From the NCBI GenBank assembly GCA_001179505.1, contig CDMY01000091.1, forward strand, positions 1 through 64,000: a DNA stretch of 64,000 bases, written 5' to 3'. The notes beneath the pieces were generated by a model, which saw nothing but the letters and a program-made list of their open reading frames with translations, had not been told where the DNA came from and did no database searches. Each line of letters starts with the position of its first letter. Position 1 is the stretch's first letter. Origin of the DNA: Vitrella brassicaformis CCMP3155. Its lineage: Eukaryota > Protista > Chromerida. This document shows positions 35,217 through 47,500 of the stretch, one piece after another. The position numbers and the translations under genes are program-made.

Positions 35217-37117
35217 TCATCTTGCTCTCTCATGCCGCCGTTGTGTGGTTGTTGTGGTGCTGGTGTTGGCGACGGTGGTGGTGCCCTCCTCCACTTTGGC
35301 GAGTGCCTGTGTCTCAGAGCCTCTCTCTTTGTCTTTGTCTGATCCTCTGGGCGAGTCCGCTGTCGAAAGGTCGCTCTCGGTCCTTTGGTTGTGCAGCCGC
35401 TTGCCGCGGCCGGAGAGGGAGTAGGTCATGACGCCCGCCACACACTGCATATACATCGCACACACACACACGTCGGTGCCTCTGTGTGTTGTGGGTGTGG
35501 CGTATTGAGGTGACTTTTTCACTGACTGACTGACCACAGCTGCTGAGAAGCCTTTGGTTGTCGTTAGGCACTGTGACGGCTGCAGGTGGCAGAAAAGGAA
35601 GTGGCTGCCCACGAAGGTGATGGCCGTGCGTGTGCCCTGCAGAAACACACACAACGAGACGAGACGACACACAACACACACACACATACCATATGACGAC
35701 GCACTCGTCGACCATTCTGCTGTGGTGTGGCTCATGCAGTGCAGTGCAGTGCAGCCGTCCATCCATATGTGCGGTGCAGTGCCGTGCAGTGGGTAGCTTG
35801 CCTTGAGGACGCCCGATGAGACGGCGCCCAGGTGTTTGATGATGTACCACAGAGTGGCCGACCGAATCAGACAGAGACTTGACAGCACCAGGTAGCACAC
35901 TATGATCACCTGCAGACAGACACACATACACACACACACAGACAGAGACAGAGAGGGAGAGAGAGAGAGTGCATGTGTCTGTGGTTTGGGAGGCGTGTGG
36001 CGACACTCTCACCACAGGGTCTCCATTTCGGTCTCTGATGTTCTGCACGACGAGTGTGTTCCACCGTGGGATGGTCCAGACGAGCTGCCAGAGGGTGAGG
36101 ACGATGCTGTTGACGATGCCGATCATGCACACCAGGTTGGGCCCCTCGATGGCGTTGGGCCCCGTCAGATACTTCTCGTTGTACACGTAAGACAAGCCAT
36201 GCTGACACACACACACACACACACACACAAAATAACCACACAAAACAACCACACACAATTACCACACGCAATAACCAGACACGTGGAAATGATCTCTCTC
36301 CCTCTCTCCCTCTCTCTCTCTCTCTGTGTGTGTGTGAGCACCAGTATGGCGGCAATGAAGAGGCAGGTCGCGCCGATGAGTTCCTCCGGCCCCGACTTGA
36401 ACTCTATGACGACAGACCGGATGGTCAGGCCCACACAGATGACCAGAATGCCCACGCACTGCCCCGAGCTCAGCCGCTTCCCCAGCAGCAGATACGCCAG
36501 GAAGGCCGTCCACACGACAGAGGACGAGCCGAGCACCATGTACACCGCCGAACCGGCGAACACCAGACCCACTGCAGACGGCCACACACACAGGTGAGGT
36601 GAGAGCGATGCGCTAATGCATTGGGTGCCTGTCTGTCTGTGCACCCACCTTTCTCGAATATCTGGTGCATGAGGTCGGTGCCTGCGATCTGGACGGCTGC
36701 CCACCAATTGCACTTCCTGTCCCAGAACCACATACGCAACAACACACACGCACACACGCACGCCCGATGCCAGCAAGCCAGTGTCTTCAGTCCATGTGGC
36801 TCAAACTGCTGACCATACCATATGCTCTGTTTGGTGTTCCAGAAGCCGAGGAAGAGCATGGCGTAATAGATGGGCAGCACGTAGAGGAACGTTGAGGCAG
36901 GCGCGCCGCCGTGGTACTTTATCGCATCAGTCTACATGAACACACACAATACACACACGCACACACAGACACCAGAGGGGGTCCACGGGGTGTGTGTGTG
37001 TCTATGTGTGTGTGTCTGGCTGACCAGCAGCGGGTGCATGCAGTTGACGGCGAGGTAGATGGCGCATCTCCCCAGCACCGCCCATCGGGTCGGCTCCGGG
37101 TCAAGATCCACACCCAT
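35217..37117 (-). CDS. Drug/metabolite transporter (DMT) superfamily membrane protein (nucleotide-sugar transporter/SLC35-like); many exons
   Basis: Hydrophobic exons GLVFAGSAVYMVLGSSSVVWTAFLAYLLLGKRLSSGQCVGILVICVG, HGLSYVYNEKYL, IIKHLGAVSSGVLK|GTRTAITFVGSHFLF. Confidence 0.82.
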
Positions 37118-37382
37118 CAATCAAACTACACACTGCTGCACGGCCTTCAGACGAACAGGACAGGGGTGTAGAGCAACCACAGGACAGGAGCGATGAGAGG
37201 GCCTTCCCGCGCTTTCGTCGTGTGCGAGCTTTTTGCCCAGGTCTGCGAGCCAAGCTTCTTGGAAAAACAGGTTCGGTTCGAGGTGCTCCAGTCATCGTGC
37301 TCTTCACGATTCATTCGTTTGCTTCTCCGCTTCTCGTGCCTCTCAGGTTGACCGTTCGGCTGCGGACAGTGTAAAACACGGG

Positions 37383-38110
37383 ATGAAGAAGGGGTTCCTC
37401 CTGTCTGGCGGGCCGGGCTTGTCGGCCGACAAACCACAGACACAGGAGGCCAATGGATCTGCTGCTGCCGGCACGGCGGTGAAGGGAATCTTGATCAAGG
37501 GGTGCAGCATGGAGAACGTCGAGATCCCTGCGAGTGTGCTGCCGGTGTCGGCTGCCAATGGATGGCACAAGTGCAAGGTGCCGCACCTGATGGGCATACC
37601 CCTCATGATCCGCCAGTGGCAAGCGTATAAGCCAGAGGACTTCACTGACAACCAGGTGGGTGGCATGGGTGGGCGGATAAATGCCATCCATCCATCCATT
37701 CATTTGTCTGTCGAGTGTGTGTGTGGTGTTTCGTGGTGCAGGTGGCGACGCGTCTGATGATCGAGCCTGACAGCGGATTCGCCCCTCCGCAGTGGCTGGG
37801 AGGTGAGCATACACACACTCTCTCTTCCACCCAATACCTTTCGCTCAACTCATTCATTCATCGCCCTTTTCTCCTTTGCTTCTCCATCCTTCTTCCTACC
37901 ACTGGCAGGCCCCCACAACATGCTTGGTCGCGTGATGGTGGCCCGCACCGACGGCAAGCCCTTCACGATAGTGCCGTCGGTGTCCGGCATCTGTTTGCGT
38001 GGATCTGTTTGCGGTCAGGTGTGCTTGACTTGGTGTGCGTGCATCTGTTTGCGGTCAGGTGTGCGAAGTACTTCATGTGCGCTGTCCTTCGCAACTGCAT
38101 GGCAACAAGG
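37383..38110 (+). CDS. Hypothetical protein with a conserved-looking DNQ-xAT-xLMI-xP-xSGFAP-xxW motif; 3' end uncertain
   Basis: Spliced KCKVPHLMGIPLMIRQW...DFTDNQ|VATRLMIEPDSGFAPPQWLG|...LGRVMVARTDGKPF. Confidence 0.6.
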
Positions 38111-38388
38111 ATTCACACACACATACATGGCACAGACAGAGAGGCCGGAAGGCAGGTGACCTTGATGTGAGTGTTTGCTGACCTTGATGTGAGTGTTTGC
38201 TGACCTTGAGTGACTTGATGGCAGGCACTCACTCACTTCCACTCACAGTGGACAAAGCAGTCAATCATCATAGTGTCACATACGGTGAAGCGGTCCACAA
38301 TTCAATCAGACAAGCAATGATCGCGTACACATACACACACTTTATCACACAAATGTATGTCTCAGTGTACACATGCGGCGGGAGTGCG

Positions 38389-39026
38389 TCATGAGTCAGC
38401 AGCAGCTGCGCTAGTAGAGGCGTTTCCCTGGTTTGCAGCAGCTGCTGCGGCTGCTGCGGTGCTGCTTGAGCCGGTCGTGGCGAAGAGCTCCGTCAGTAGA
38501 CCGCTCTGGCTCTTACTCGCAGTTGTCATGAGCCACTCGCGCGATTCAGGACACTGCTGGCGAATGAAGTTGAGAATCTGCCCTGCCAACGTTTGCACCT
38601 GACACACACGAACAGGCACACACGATGGTCTTGGGATGGATGTGTGGTGGTCGCATGCCTGAGATGAAGTTGCTGTGCGGTGGACCGCGCCAATGGTCTT
38701 GGCGAGCTTGGATGCCTGTGTGAGGCCAGACCATCGAGGTGAGGGCATGACGTGTCAATGGGAGGCAGAGGGCATAAGGTGAAGGTTGTATGAGTGCCTT
38801 GTGTACTGACGCACCTTGAGTAGGGACTGGAGCTCATCATCACAGTGGGTCGATATCAACGCCTGTGCGCGACGTAACTCAGAGAGAAGAGCCTCAGTGT
38901 TCTGCACACACCCGCATCAAAGCGCCCCAGCGTGTGGTTGTGACTCGCGAAGGCGCACCATCCCTAGCGCACCATGCTATGCCAGGCATTCGTGAGCCTC
39001 TTCTCCGCTTGCTCAAACCCCGCCAT
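38389..39026 (-). CDS. Small helical hypothetical protein; 4 exons, one GC-AG intron
   Basis: MAGFEQAEKRLTNAWHSM|NTEALLSELRRAQALISTHCDDELQSLLK|ASKLAKTIGAVHRTATSSQ|VQTLAGQILNFIRQQCPESREWL...*; all phase-0 joins. Confidence 0.6.
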
Positions 39027-39077
39027 CCTCGCGCGACGGTGGAAGGGAGGAACTCCAAACCCTCGCCGGAAACCCAG

Positions 39078-39266
39078 ATGAGAAACCCTACACCGTGTTG
39101 GTCCGAGAACTGGGCCAGGCTGGACGACTACATCTTCAACGACATATTCGGCGCGTTTGAGGATGGCGACCCCCGGGAGGCCCGGCGGAGGATGCGCAAG
39201 ACGTCGTTCGAAGAGTGGCTGGAGATGAACGACTATGACATGAGCATATGGGAGTTTGCACACTGA
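39078..39266 (+). CDS. Small intronless hypothetical protein (62 aa; could start at 38979)
   Basis: Protein-like composition: WSENWARLDDYIFNDIFGAFEDGDPREARRRMRKTSFEEWLEMNDYDMSIWEFAH*. Confidence 0.4.
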   Translation: MRNPTPCWSENWARLDDYIFNDIFGAFEDGDPREARRRMRKTSFEEWLEMNDYDMSIWEFAH

Positions 39267-39683
39267 TGGATGGATGGATGGAGGGCCTGGTGGCGTCTGC
39301 GTAGCTATCTATCTCTTTTTCTGTGAGGGTGTGTTGTGCATATACGTGGAAGAGTGCCTGAGTGTGGAGGCGACGGCCAACATGACAATTCATTGAGAAA
39401 GGGAGGGGCTGCGTAGGTGCATAATTGGGTGAATGGCGTGGATGGATAATTGATGGATGGAGAGACACCTGCACGTGTTGTGTTGTGCGTGGCTTCCGTC
39501 TACTTGTGGCGTCCATTTCCGCTTTATCGGTGACTTATGACCCACGACCCACTGATTGATTGACATGCTCGCGTCAAGAAATCCATGGCTTATGACGCAT
39601 CACGCCTTCAACTCACACAGCCGCACCTCATCAAAGGGCCTCAATGCTTGCAAGGCCCGCACCACATCCCGTAGTCAACTCAG

Positions 39684-39776
39684 TCACTGTTTGGTGTACT
39701 CTCCCAGCTGGATGTTGTTGAGCCTCTCGAGAGCCAAAGTCAGCCCGTGTATGCCGGCATCGCCATCGCCCTGGGC

Positions 39777-39818
<42 letters not shown>

Positions 39819-41360
39819 AGAGAAAGCTGATGCCTCTCTCTGTTTCTGTGCCTTGGTTGGTGTGCGCACCTTGAGGGCGACATAGAGCTGCTGCGCCAGT
39901 GCGAGGCCTGGGAGCGCCAGGCCCATCTTGTTGGCCTCCTCGAGCGCAATACGCATGTCCTAACAACCACACACACACACACACACACACACAACATAGA
40001 TAGACCAATGGTGGGCGGGGGGTGTTTGTGTGCAGACAGACGCGCGTGGCAGCACCGTAATTGATTACCTTGATAAAATGTTCGACAAAGAAGCCGGGCT
40101 TGAAGTCTCGCTTGAGGATTCGGGGGCCGTAGTTGGTCACACTCCTGCAGCACCACCGACACACATACACACACACGGACGGAGGGAGGGAAGAAGCGAA
40201 TTAGGGCCATGGTGGCTGCGTGATGTGATGTGGTGTGCCGCAGTCACCAGCTGCCCGCCGCCCCTCCACTGACAGCTTTCAATGTCGCCTCCACGTCAAG
40301 ACCTGCCTTGTAGGCGTACAACAGACCTGCACCAACCAGCACATACACACACACACACACATACAGAGGGATCTGTGGTTCGTTTTGACGGCGTGTTGGT
40401 CCACCTTCGGTGACACCGATGATGTTGGTCGAGATGAGAATCTGGTTGGTCATCTTGGTGTGCTGACCTACACCCAACTACCCCTTCACACACGAGCACC
40501 CTCTCTCTTCCCTCCTGCTGTGTGGATGTGTACCTAGCCCCGGCGGCCCCATATAGTGGATGGTGTCTTCCCGCCCCATGCAGCACAGCAACGGCCTGAC
40601 CGCGTCAAAGGCAGCCTTGTCACCGCCACAAAAGATCGCCAGGCGGGCCTCACGCGCACCGACGTCACCCCCCGACACGGGCGCGTCCACCGCAGCGCAG
40701 TTTTGCCGTGCCGCTTTCTCGGCCAGCTCTTGAGCGAGCGACGGCTTGCCTATGTCACCGACACAACGCACACGTGCGTGTGCGTTTCTTCCCTCTTTAT
40801 TGCTCTCTCACTGGTGGTCATATCGACGACGATCCCTTCCGGTTTGAGGCCAGCCAGCACACCATCAGTGCCGGCTATCACTGCACACACAAGGAGCCGC
40901 GCCTATGGTAGAAGTGTCCTGGTTTCTGTGTCAGTCGTCATACCTTGCTGCACGTCTTCAGGGAAGCCGACGATTGTGAAGACGACATCGCTGGACTCGG
41001 CAACCTTACGTGGGGAATCGGCAAGGACGGCACCTGGGCAGGCAGGCCAGCACAGGCCACCAATACAGGAAGAGCGTGTGAATGCAGACATTCATCAGAT
41101 CAGTCACTGACAGGTGGTGTGGGTACTGACCTTTCTCGACCAGTGCTGCGCACTTGGATGGTGTCCGGCTGTAGACTGTCATCGAGTAGCCCTGAACACA
41201 CCCACACATGCGCTGCTCGTGTGATGGATGTTGTGTCAAGCCTTCATTCACTCATTACCGCCTTGATGAGATGCGAGCACATGGACTGCCCCATCACCCC
41301 TGCACCAATAAACCCCACTCGAGTGCCGCCTGGCGCGGCCGACGCAAAAGAAGACGACAT
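39684..41360 (-). CDS. NAD(P)-dependent beta-hydroxyacid dehydrogenase (3-hydroxyisobutyrate / 2-hydroxy-3-oxopropionate reductase family); ~9 exons
   Basis: [41 protein letters not shown] (catalytic Lys), [13 protein letters not shown]|DMRIAL. Confidence 0.93.
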
Positions 41361-41434
41361 CACGCCCTGTGCAGGCGTTTTTCAAGGCGTCGGCCGAGCG
41401 TTGAGGGATCTGCAATGAATTGGATGGATGAACG

Positions 41435-42130
41435 ATGCAAGATACTGCCTGTCGTCGCTGGAGCAGACCTGTGACGCTGCGGCACACACACACACACACA
41501 CACAGACACACGCATCACGCATCACATAGAATGAGCAGATTCAGTCGTTTCTTTGACCTTTCTGTACCTGCAACTGAATACCCACGCGTACGCCTTCACG
41601 CAGGTAGACGTTCCCAAGGAGAAGGAGCGTGCGATCGGTCTGCGAGCTGAGCGCAGGACCGGACGGAGGAGGAAAGGGAAGATTTCGCAGCAGGCATGGC
41701 GCGCCGCGCTGCCAGGAGCAAGAAACGGAAGAGATCCGGCGGGCTGCCGATGGCAGACGGCCGGCAGCTCAAGTATGAGGATTGGTTCATGAGCCAGCCA
41801 TGGGTGGTCAACGAGGGCGAGACGGAAGACGCGTTCGGTCGCCTGCTGCAAGATCTGAGGCAGGGAGGGGAAAAGGCGCATGAAGCAGCAGCAGCAGCGT
41901 CACCTGCTCCCGGGAGGGCACCTGATGAAGGTGGCGGTGAGAGCCGCGGAGCATCGGGGTTGTCGTCATCGGCAGCAGCACCTGAGGATGAAAGGCCTCC
42001 ACGGAAGAAGAAACGACGGAAGAAGGATGGGGTCGGGGATGACGGGGAGGTGGATGGGAGTGCGTCAAGTGCGGCAGCACGAGAAGATGGCTCGACTGGG
42101 CGGCAGAGTGGTGAAGCTGAAGCTGACTGA
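41435..42130 (+). CDS. Hypothetical basic/low-complexity protein with NLS-like stretches
   Basis: ORF 41696-42130 (RSKKRKRS, PPRKKKRRKK) joined in frame to upstream exon RFSRFFDLSVPATEYPRVRLHA; the first exon is tentative. Confidence 0.5.
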
Positions 42131-42269
42131 TGGATGGACTGACTTCTCAAGTGGCAATGAGGCATGGGAGAGGGAAGGGCGAGAGAGATCTGATGTGTGT
42201 GTGTGTGTGTGTGTGTGCTTGTGGGTGTCACGTGTCTGTGGATATGTCTGTCCGTGCATTGCACTGCAC

Positions 42270-44269
42270 TTATTCCTCTGCCTGCTCTTCGTTGTCATTG
42301 TCATTGTCTTGTTCCTGCTCGTGGCTTTCTTTCTGATCGGTCTGGTTCTCCCCTCCTGGCGTGTCTCTGATGTAGAAGGTGTTGGTCTGAAGCGCCTCTG
42401 AGAGCAGGGGAGGCAAACACTTCTCCATCTGTGGTGGGATGTGCAGTCGGGAGGGGGCAGAGCAGGCAGACAGACAGACAGACAGACAGACGGCAACACA
42501 TGTGCGTGTGTTGGTGGAATGAATGAATGCTACGCTTGTGCGTGCATAGCATATGCCCACGCACCGATCTGTTGAGCTTGTCATTGTCGCCCTGTGCGCT
42601 CTTCATCAGAGACCTCAGCAGAAGGGACACCTCGTTGTCACCTGCACACACACACACACACACAAGCCGCTCACACACCATTCTAGCACCCACCAGGCAG
42701 GGACCCACTTGCATCCTGATAGAAAGCTTTCAGCCTCTTGGTGAGAGACATCTCAAGCCGCTCCTGCTTCAGATGCTCATATTGCCGCCTGATGGTGTCA
42801 GCTGAGAACTGTTCGAACGCCTCTGGGAATAGCAGGGCATGCAGACGGACAACTCGCTGCACGAGAGACAACACATCCGGGCAGCCAATGAGAAAGCCGA
42901 GGTGCACATGACATGGCTCCACATTTCCTTCTTCCCTGTCTTACTCTCCTTTCTGCAGGGTCAGGGAAGGCTTGTCTCAGTGCACTTGCCGCACCAGCCA
43001 CTGCGTCGAGAGATGGCTCCGGATATATCTGTAGACAGACAATCCGCTCACGGTCATTCTTGTGGTGCATGTCTCTTGAGCGTCTCATCCACCGCCTTGA
43101 GCTGCAGCTGCAAGTTGCTCGTCTCGTGCCGCTGCCTCTCTTCCTCACACAAATGCGCGAGAGCAGACCTGCAGAGATCATGACGGAGTGTGAGGACATC
43201 GACGTGCATCACGCATGCGTCTTCTGGGTACATACCTGATGGCAGCAGGGTCGACTTGCTCGATTTTCGACGGCAAGATCCTTTGCGCATTCCTGAGTAG
43301 CTTCTTCAACTCGATAGAGGTGAAATCCTTGAGCTGGTCGAAGACTTCGTTGGTGAGTGCGTTGAGCTGGTCAGTAGGGGTGAATGGGTACACCGTCTCC
43401 CGCATCAGACACACAAACTGGCCCTTCAACACACGCCTGTCGTCCTTCCGTTGCAAATAAGCGAACAGACCTTCAGACACCGACAAGCAATCGCCATGAG
43501 GGCAGGAGGATTGTCTGGGCGTCTCCATCCATCCGGCCATGTACCTTGTCTGCCTTTGCCATAGTGCTGCTCCAGTGACTGCTTTAATGGTGCCCCATCG
43601 AGGTTCAAATCCACAAGACTTGTCAGCCTGCCCAACTCGCGAGGCAGATTCTGACCTCGCATCGAGAGAACACCACATGCGTGTCTCCGAGCGTGTGTGT
43701 GATGGACCACCTGTATGAGTGTGTTTCTGAGGTCGAGGGTCTTGAGCATGATGCAGAGGCTGAGGGCCTCGGGCACGACATACAGGGGGTTGTCGTTCAG
43801 GAACAGAGACTGCACTGATGTCAGCCGCCCAATCTGTACACATGTACACAGAGACGCACACATGCACAAGATCCACCAATTCCCGATCGATGTCTGTGTT
43901 CATTCATTGCATGTCTCTACTCTTGCATCAAGCTTCCTAATGTTGTTGAAGCCCTGCAAAAACCGTACCAGCAAACACAGGTACGTACGTCGTACACAAT
44001 CATCGATCCTGATCGAATGAAGGCATACATATGTACATATATTGTCATATATACCAAGTCCAGTCTGATAAGCGCCGTCAGTGACCAAAGGACTGGAGGC
44101 AGAGAATCAGAGAGGTTGCAGTGGCTGAGATGCAGACACTTGCTCGGAGGCCGGGAGCCATCGGTGCGAACCGACGCAAGACCTGCACGGACAGAGAGAG
44201 GCGTCCCGGACACATTGCATCGCAACATGTGATTCGCTTACGTGCGCTTGTCTCGGGCGATGCTGCCAT
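42270..44269 (-). CDS. Leucine-rich repeat protein; many exons
   Basis: LHLSHCNLSDSLP, LIRLDL|GFNNIRKL, IGRLTSVQSLFLNDNPL, LKTLDLRNTLIQ|NLPRELGRLTSLVDLNLDGAPL, followed by a helical C-terminal region. Confidence 0.88.
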
Positions 44270-44525
44270 TGCAGGAGGAACAGATGCACTGCGAAAAAAC
44301 CGTGCAAGCTTGAGGGGGCCTGCTGGGGGCTACATGCAGACTCGGAGTGGTGGCCTCCTCTCCAGCCACCGAGGGCGTAGCAGGCAGTGAGGGGACAACC
44401 ATCCACCACCTGCAGGACTTCTTTGCAGTGGATAAAGCCCTCCCCACACCCAAACAGCCGCCTTTCCTCGTTTGCACCCTGTTGTAGCTCTCTCTCTCCC
44501 CTCCGCTCGCTCTTCTGACCAAGCC

Positions 44526-47500
44526 ATGCCGGAAGACGAGTCCCCCACCATGGCTGGCGACGTGAGTCCCGGCGGCATCAAAGAGGCCCTCGCGTCCATG
44601 CCCGAACCCAGGAACAACACGGCCAATATCGCATTCCCTGAGAACCTCGATTTCGGCCAAACCGGCACAATGCGCGTCCCAAATGGTGAGAGAGAGGCTA
44701 TGCACAGGCCTAGGGAACGGGGGAAGGCGTGTTGGGCTCTTCTGTGTGGCCGGTGTGCAGGGGCGTTGGTTTCGCCTAACAAGCTGCGGCTACAAACGTT
44801 TGATGAGACGATGCGGCAGACTCAGTCCGTCAGCGGCGTGCCGGGGCCGTGTGTCGACGAGCTGTGCCCCCCGGAGTGTGGCAAACACTCCTGTACGGTG
44901 AAAAGTATACACAGACAGAGACGACAACACAGAGACAGACAGACAGACAGACTGAGACAGACAGATAGAGAGAGTGGGGGGGGCGAGGGGGCGGGCGTGG
45001 TGTGCCTCAATGGACATATATCTGTGGCTCCTCCCGTCAGGCACGCCCAACTGGAAGCTCCGCCAGGTGCCCTTTGACGGGACAACAACCTACAAGACCG
45101 AATACTACAAGAAACCTATAGAGTTCCAGAAGGCTGCCAAAGTGTCACGGGAGTACAAGCCGCTGCCATTTGAGGGCACCACCACACACAAGACCGACTA
45201 CCAGAAGGCAATCAAGGGAGACACAGACAGACGGACAGACAGACAGACAGACACACAGAGAGATGTGTCTCTGTCTGTATGCGGATCAATCAGTGGGCGA
45301 TCGAGCCCGCCCCCCGTCCGAAGTCGGCCGTTGTGCGGCCGTCGCTGCCCTTCGACGCCAGTACCACATACAAGACCGACTACCTCAAGAAGCCGCTGCC
45401 GGAGCACGCACCGCCACAAACCGCTCAGTGGAAACCTAGGTGACTCACGGACACACAAAGGGGGGGCTCACACATGTCCCTGGGCGTCATTGTGTCAGTC
45501 CCGCTAAGTTCTACGGTGATACCAACTACCGAGCGGAGTACTACCAGAAGCCCCTCCCAGAGGGGCCCAAGGAGGCCGGCCCCGCCAAGGCCTACAAACC
45601 CCTGCCCTTCGAAGGATCCAGCAACTACAGGTACGTAACAAGCAGTCATACCATTGTGTATGGCCACGCACACACTTGCAAGGCTCCATTGTTCTGTGTG
45701 TGTCGTTGTGCATCGGACAGGGAGGAGTACAAGCCTTGGGAGCTGCCCAAACGGTCGGTGAGACACTGCAGGGCGTGATTCCGGTTGGTGAGCGGTCGAC
45801 CGATGTGTGTCTCATGTTGGGCAGTGATTTGGTCCGCCCCGCGACCGTCAGGGCCTTCCCGGACAGCCGAGACTTCCTGACGGAGGTCAGGCAGCTCACA
45901 CACACACAGCACATACCACCACCACGTCCACCAGATGCCATCTCTCTCTCTCTCTCTCTCTGCTGTCGTCCCGATGTGTCTGCAGGCCAAGTCGAGCTAT
46001 TCCAAGAAGCCGCTGCCCCCGTCACCCCCTCCACAGCAGACTCGATACATTCCCAAAGACGTCAAATTCGACGGAACCACCAACTATCGGTCTGCTCGGC
46101 CACACACAAAGAGGGACACAGAGGAGAGGGGGACGATTTTCTTGGCTGGTGTTGTGTTGTTTGGGGTATGTCTCTGCTGCAGCACTGAGTACACTGCCAA
46201 GCCAATAGAGGTCCACAAGCCGGTGGAGGTCACCCGGGAGTACAAGCCGCTGCCATTTGAGGGCACCACCACACACAAGACCGACTACCAGAAGGCAATC
46301 AAGGGAGACACACACAGACGGACAGACAGACACACAGACAGACACACAGAGAGATGTGCCTCTGTCTGTATGCGGGTCAATCAGTGGGCCATCGAGCCCG
46401 CCCCCCGTCCGAAGTCGGCCGTTGTGCGGCCGTCGCTGCCCTTCGACGCCAGTACCACATACAAGACCGACTACCTCAAGAAGCCGCTGCCGGAACACGC
46501 ACCGCCACAAACCGCTCAGTGGAAACCTAGGTTAGTGACCTACCAACACACATAGAGAGAGCCACCCATCCCATGGCCTCTGTGTCTCTGTCTGTGCGTC
46601 ACTGTGTCAGTCCCGCTAAGTTCTACGGTGACACCAACTACCGAGCGGAGTACTACCAGAAGCCCCTCTCAGAGGGGCCCAAGGAGGCCGGCCCCGCCAA
46701 GGCCTACAAACCCCTGCCCTTCGAAGGATCCAGCAACTACAGGTAACAAATGGCCACGCGTGAACACACTTGCAAGGCTCCATTGTCCTGTGTGTGTCGT
46801 TGTGCATCGGACAGGGAGGAGTACAAGCCTTGGGAGCTGCCCAAACGGTCGGTGGGACACTGCACGGCGTGGGTTCGGTTGTTGAGCGGTCGACCCATGT
46901 GTGTCTCATGTTGTGCAGTGATTTGGTCCGCCCCGCGACAGTCAGGGCCTTCCCGGACAGCCGAGACTTCCTGACGGAGGTCGGGCGACACACACACACA
47001 CATATGGGGGACATATAATGGGAGTTGCGTGGGTGTGTCTGCAGGCCAAGTCGAGCTATTCCAAGAAGCCGCTGCCCCCGTCACCCCCTCCACAGCAGAC
47101 TCGGTACATTCCCAAAGACGTCAAATTCGACGGAACCACCAACTATCGGTCTGCTCGGCCACACACAAAGAGGGACACAGAGGAGAGGGGCACCATTCTC
47201 TTGGCTGATGTTGTGTTGTCAAATTGGGGTATGTGTCGGCTGCAGCACTGAGTACACTGCCAAGCCAATAGAGGTCCACAAGCCGGCGGAGGTCACCCGG
47301 GAGTACAAGCCGCTGCCATTTGAGGGCACCACCACACACAAGACCGACTACCAGAAGGCAATCAAGGGAGACACAGACAGACAGTTAGCCAAGAGGGACA
47401 CACAGAGAGATGTATCTCGTTTGCTGTGTGTGTGGATCAATCAGTGGGCGATCGAGCCCGCCCCCCGTCCGAAGTCGGCCGTTGTGCGGCCGTCGCTGCC

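Noticed and set aside
38010-38210. Short tandem repeats (CATCTGTTTGCGGTCAGGTGTGC x2; GACCTTGATGTGAGTGTTTGCT x2) as CRISPR-like arrays
   Set aside because: Only two adjacent copies, no unique spacers, eukaryotic context; ordinary slippage.
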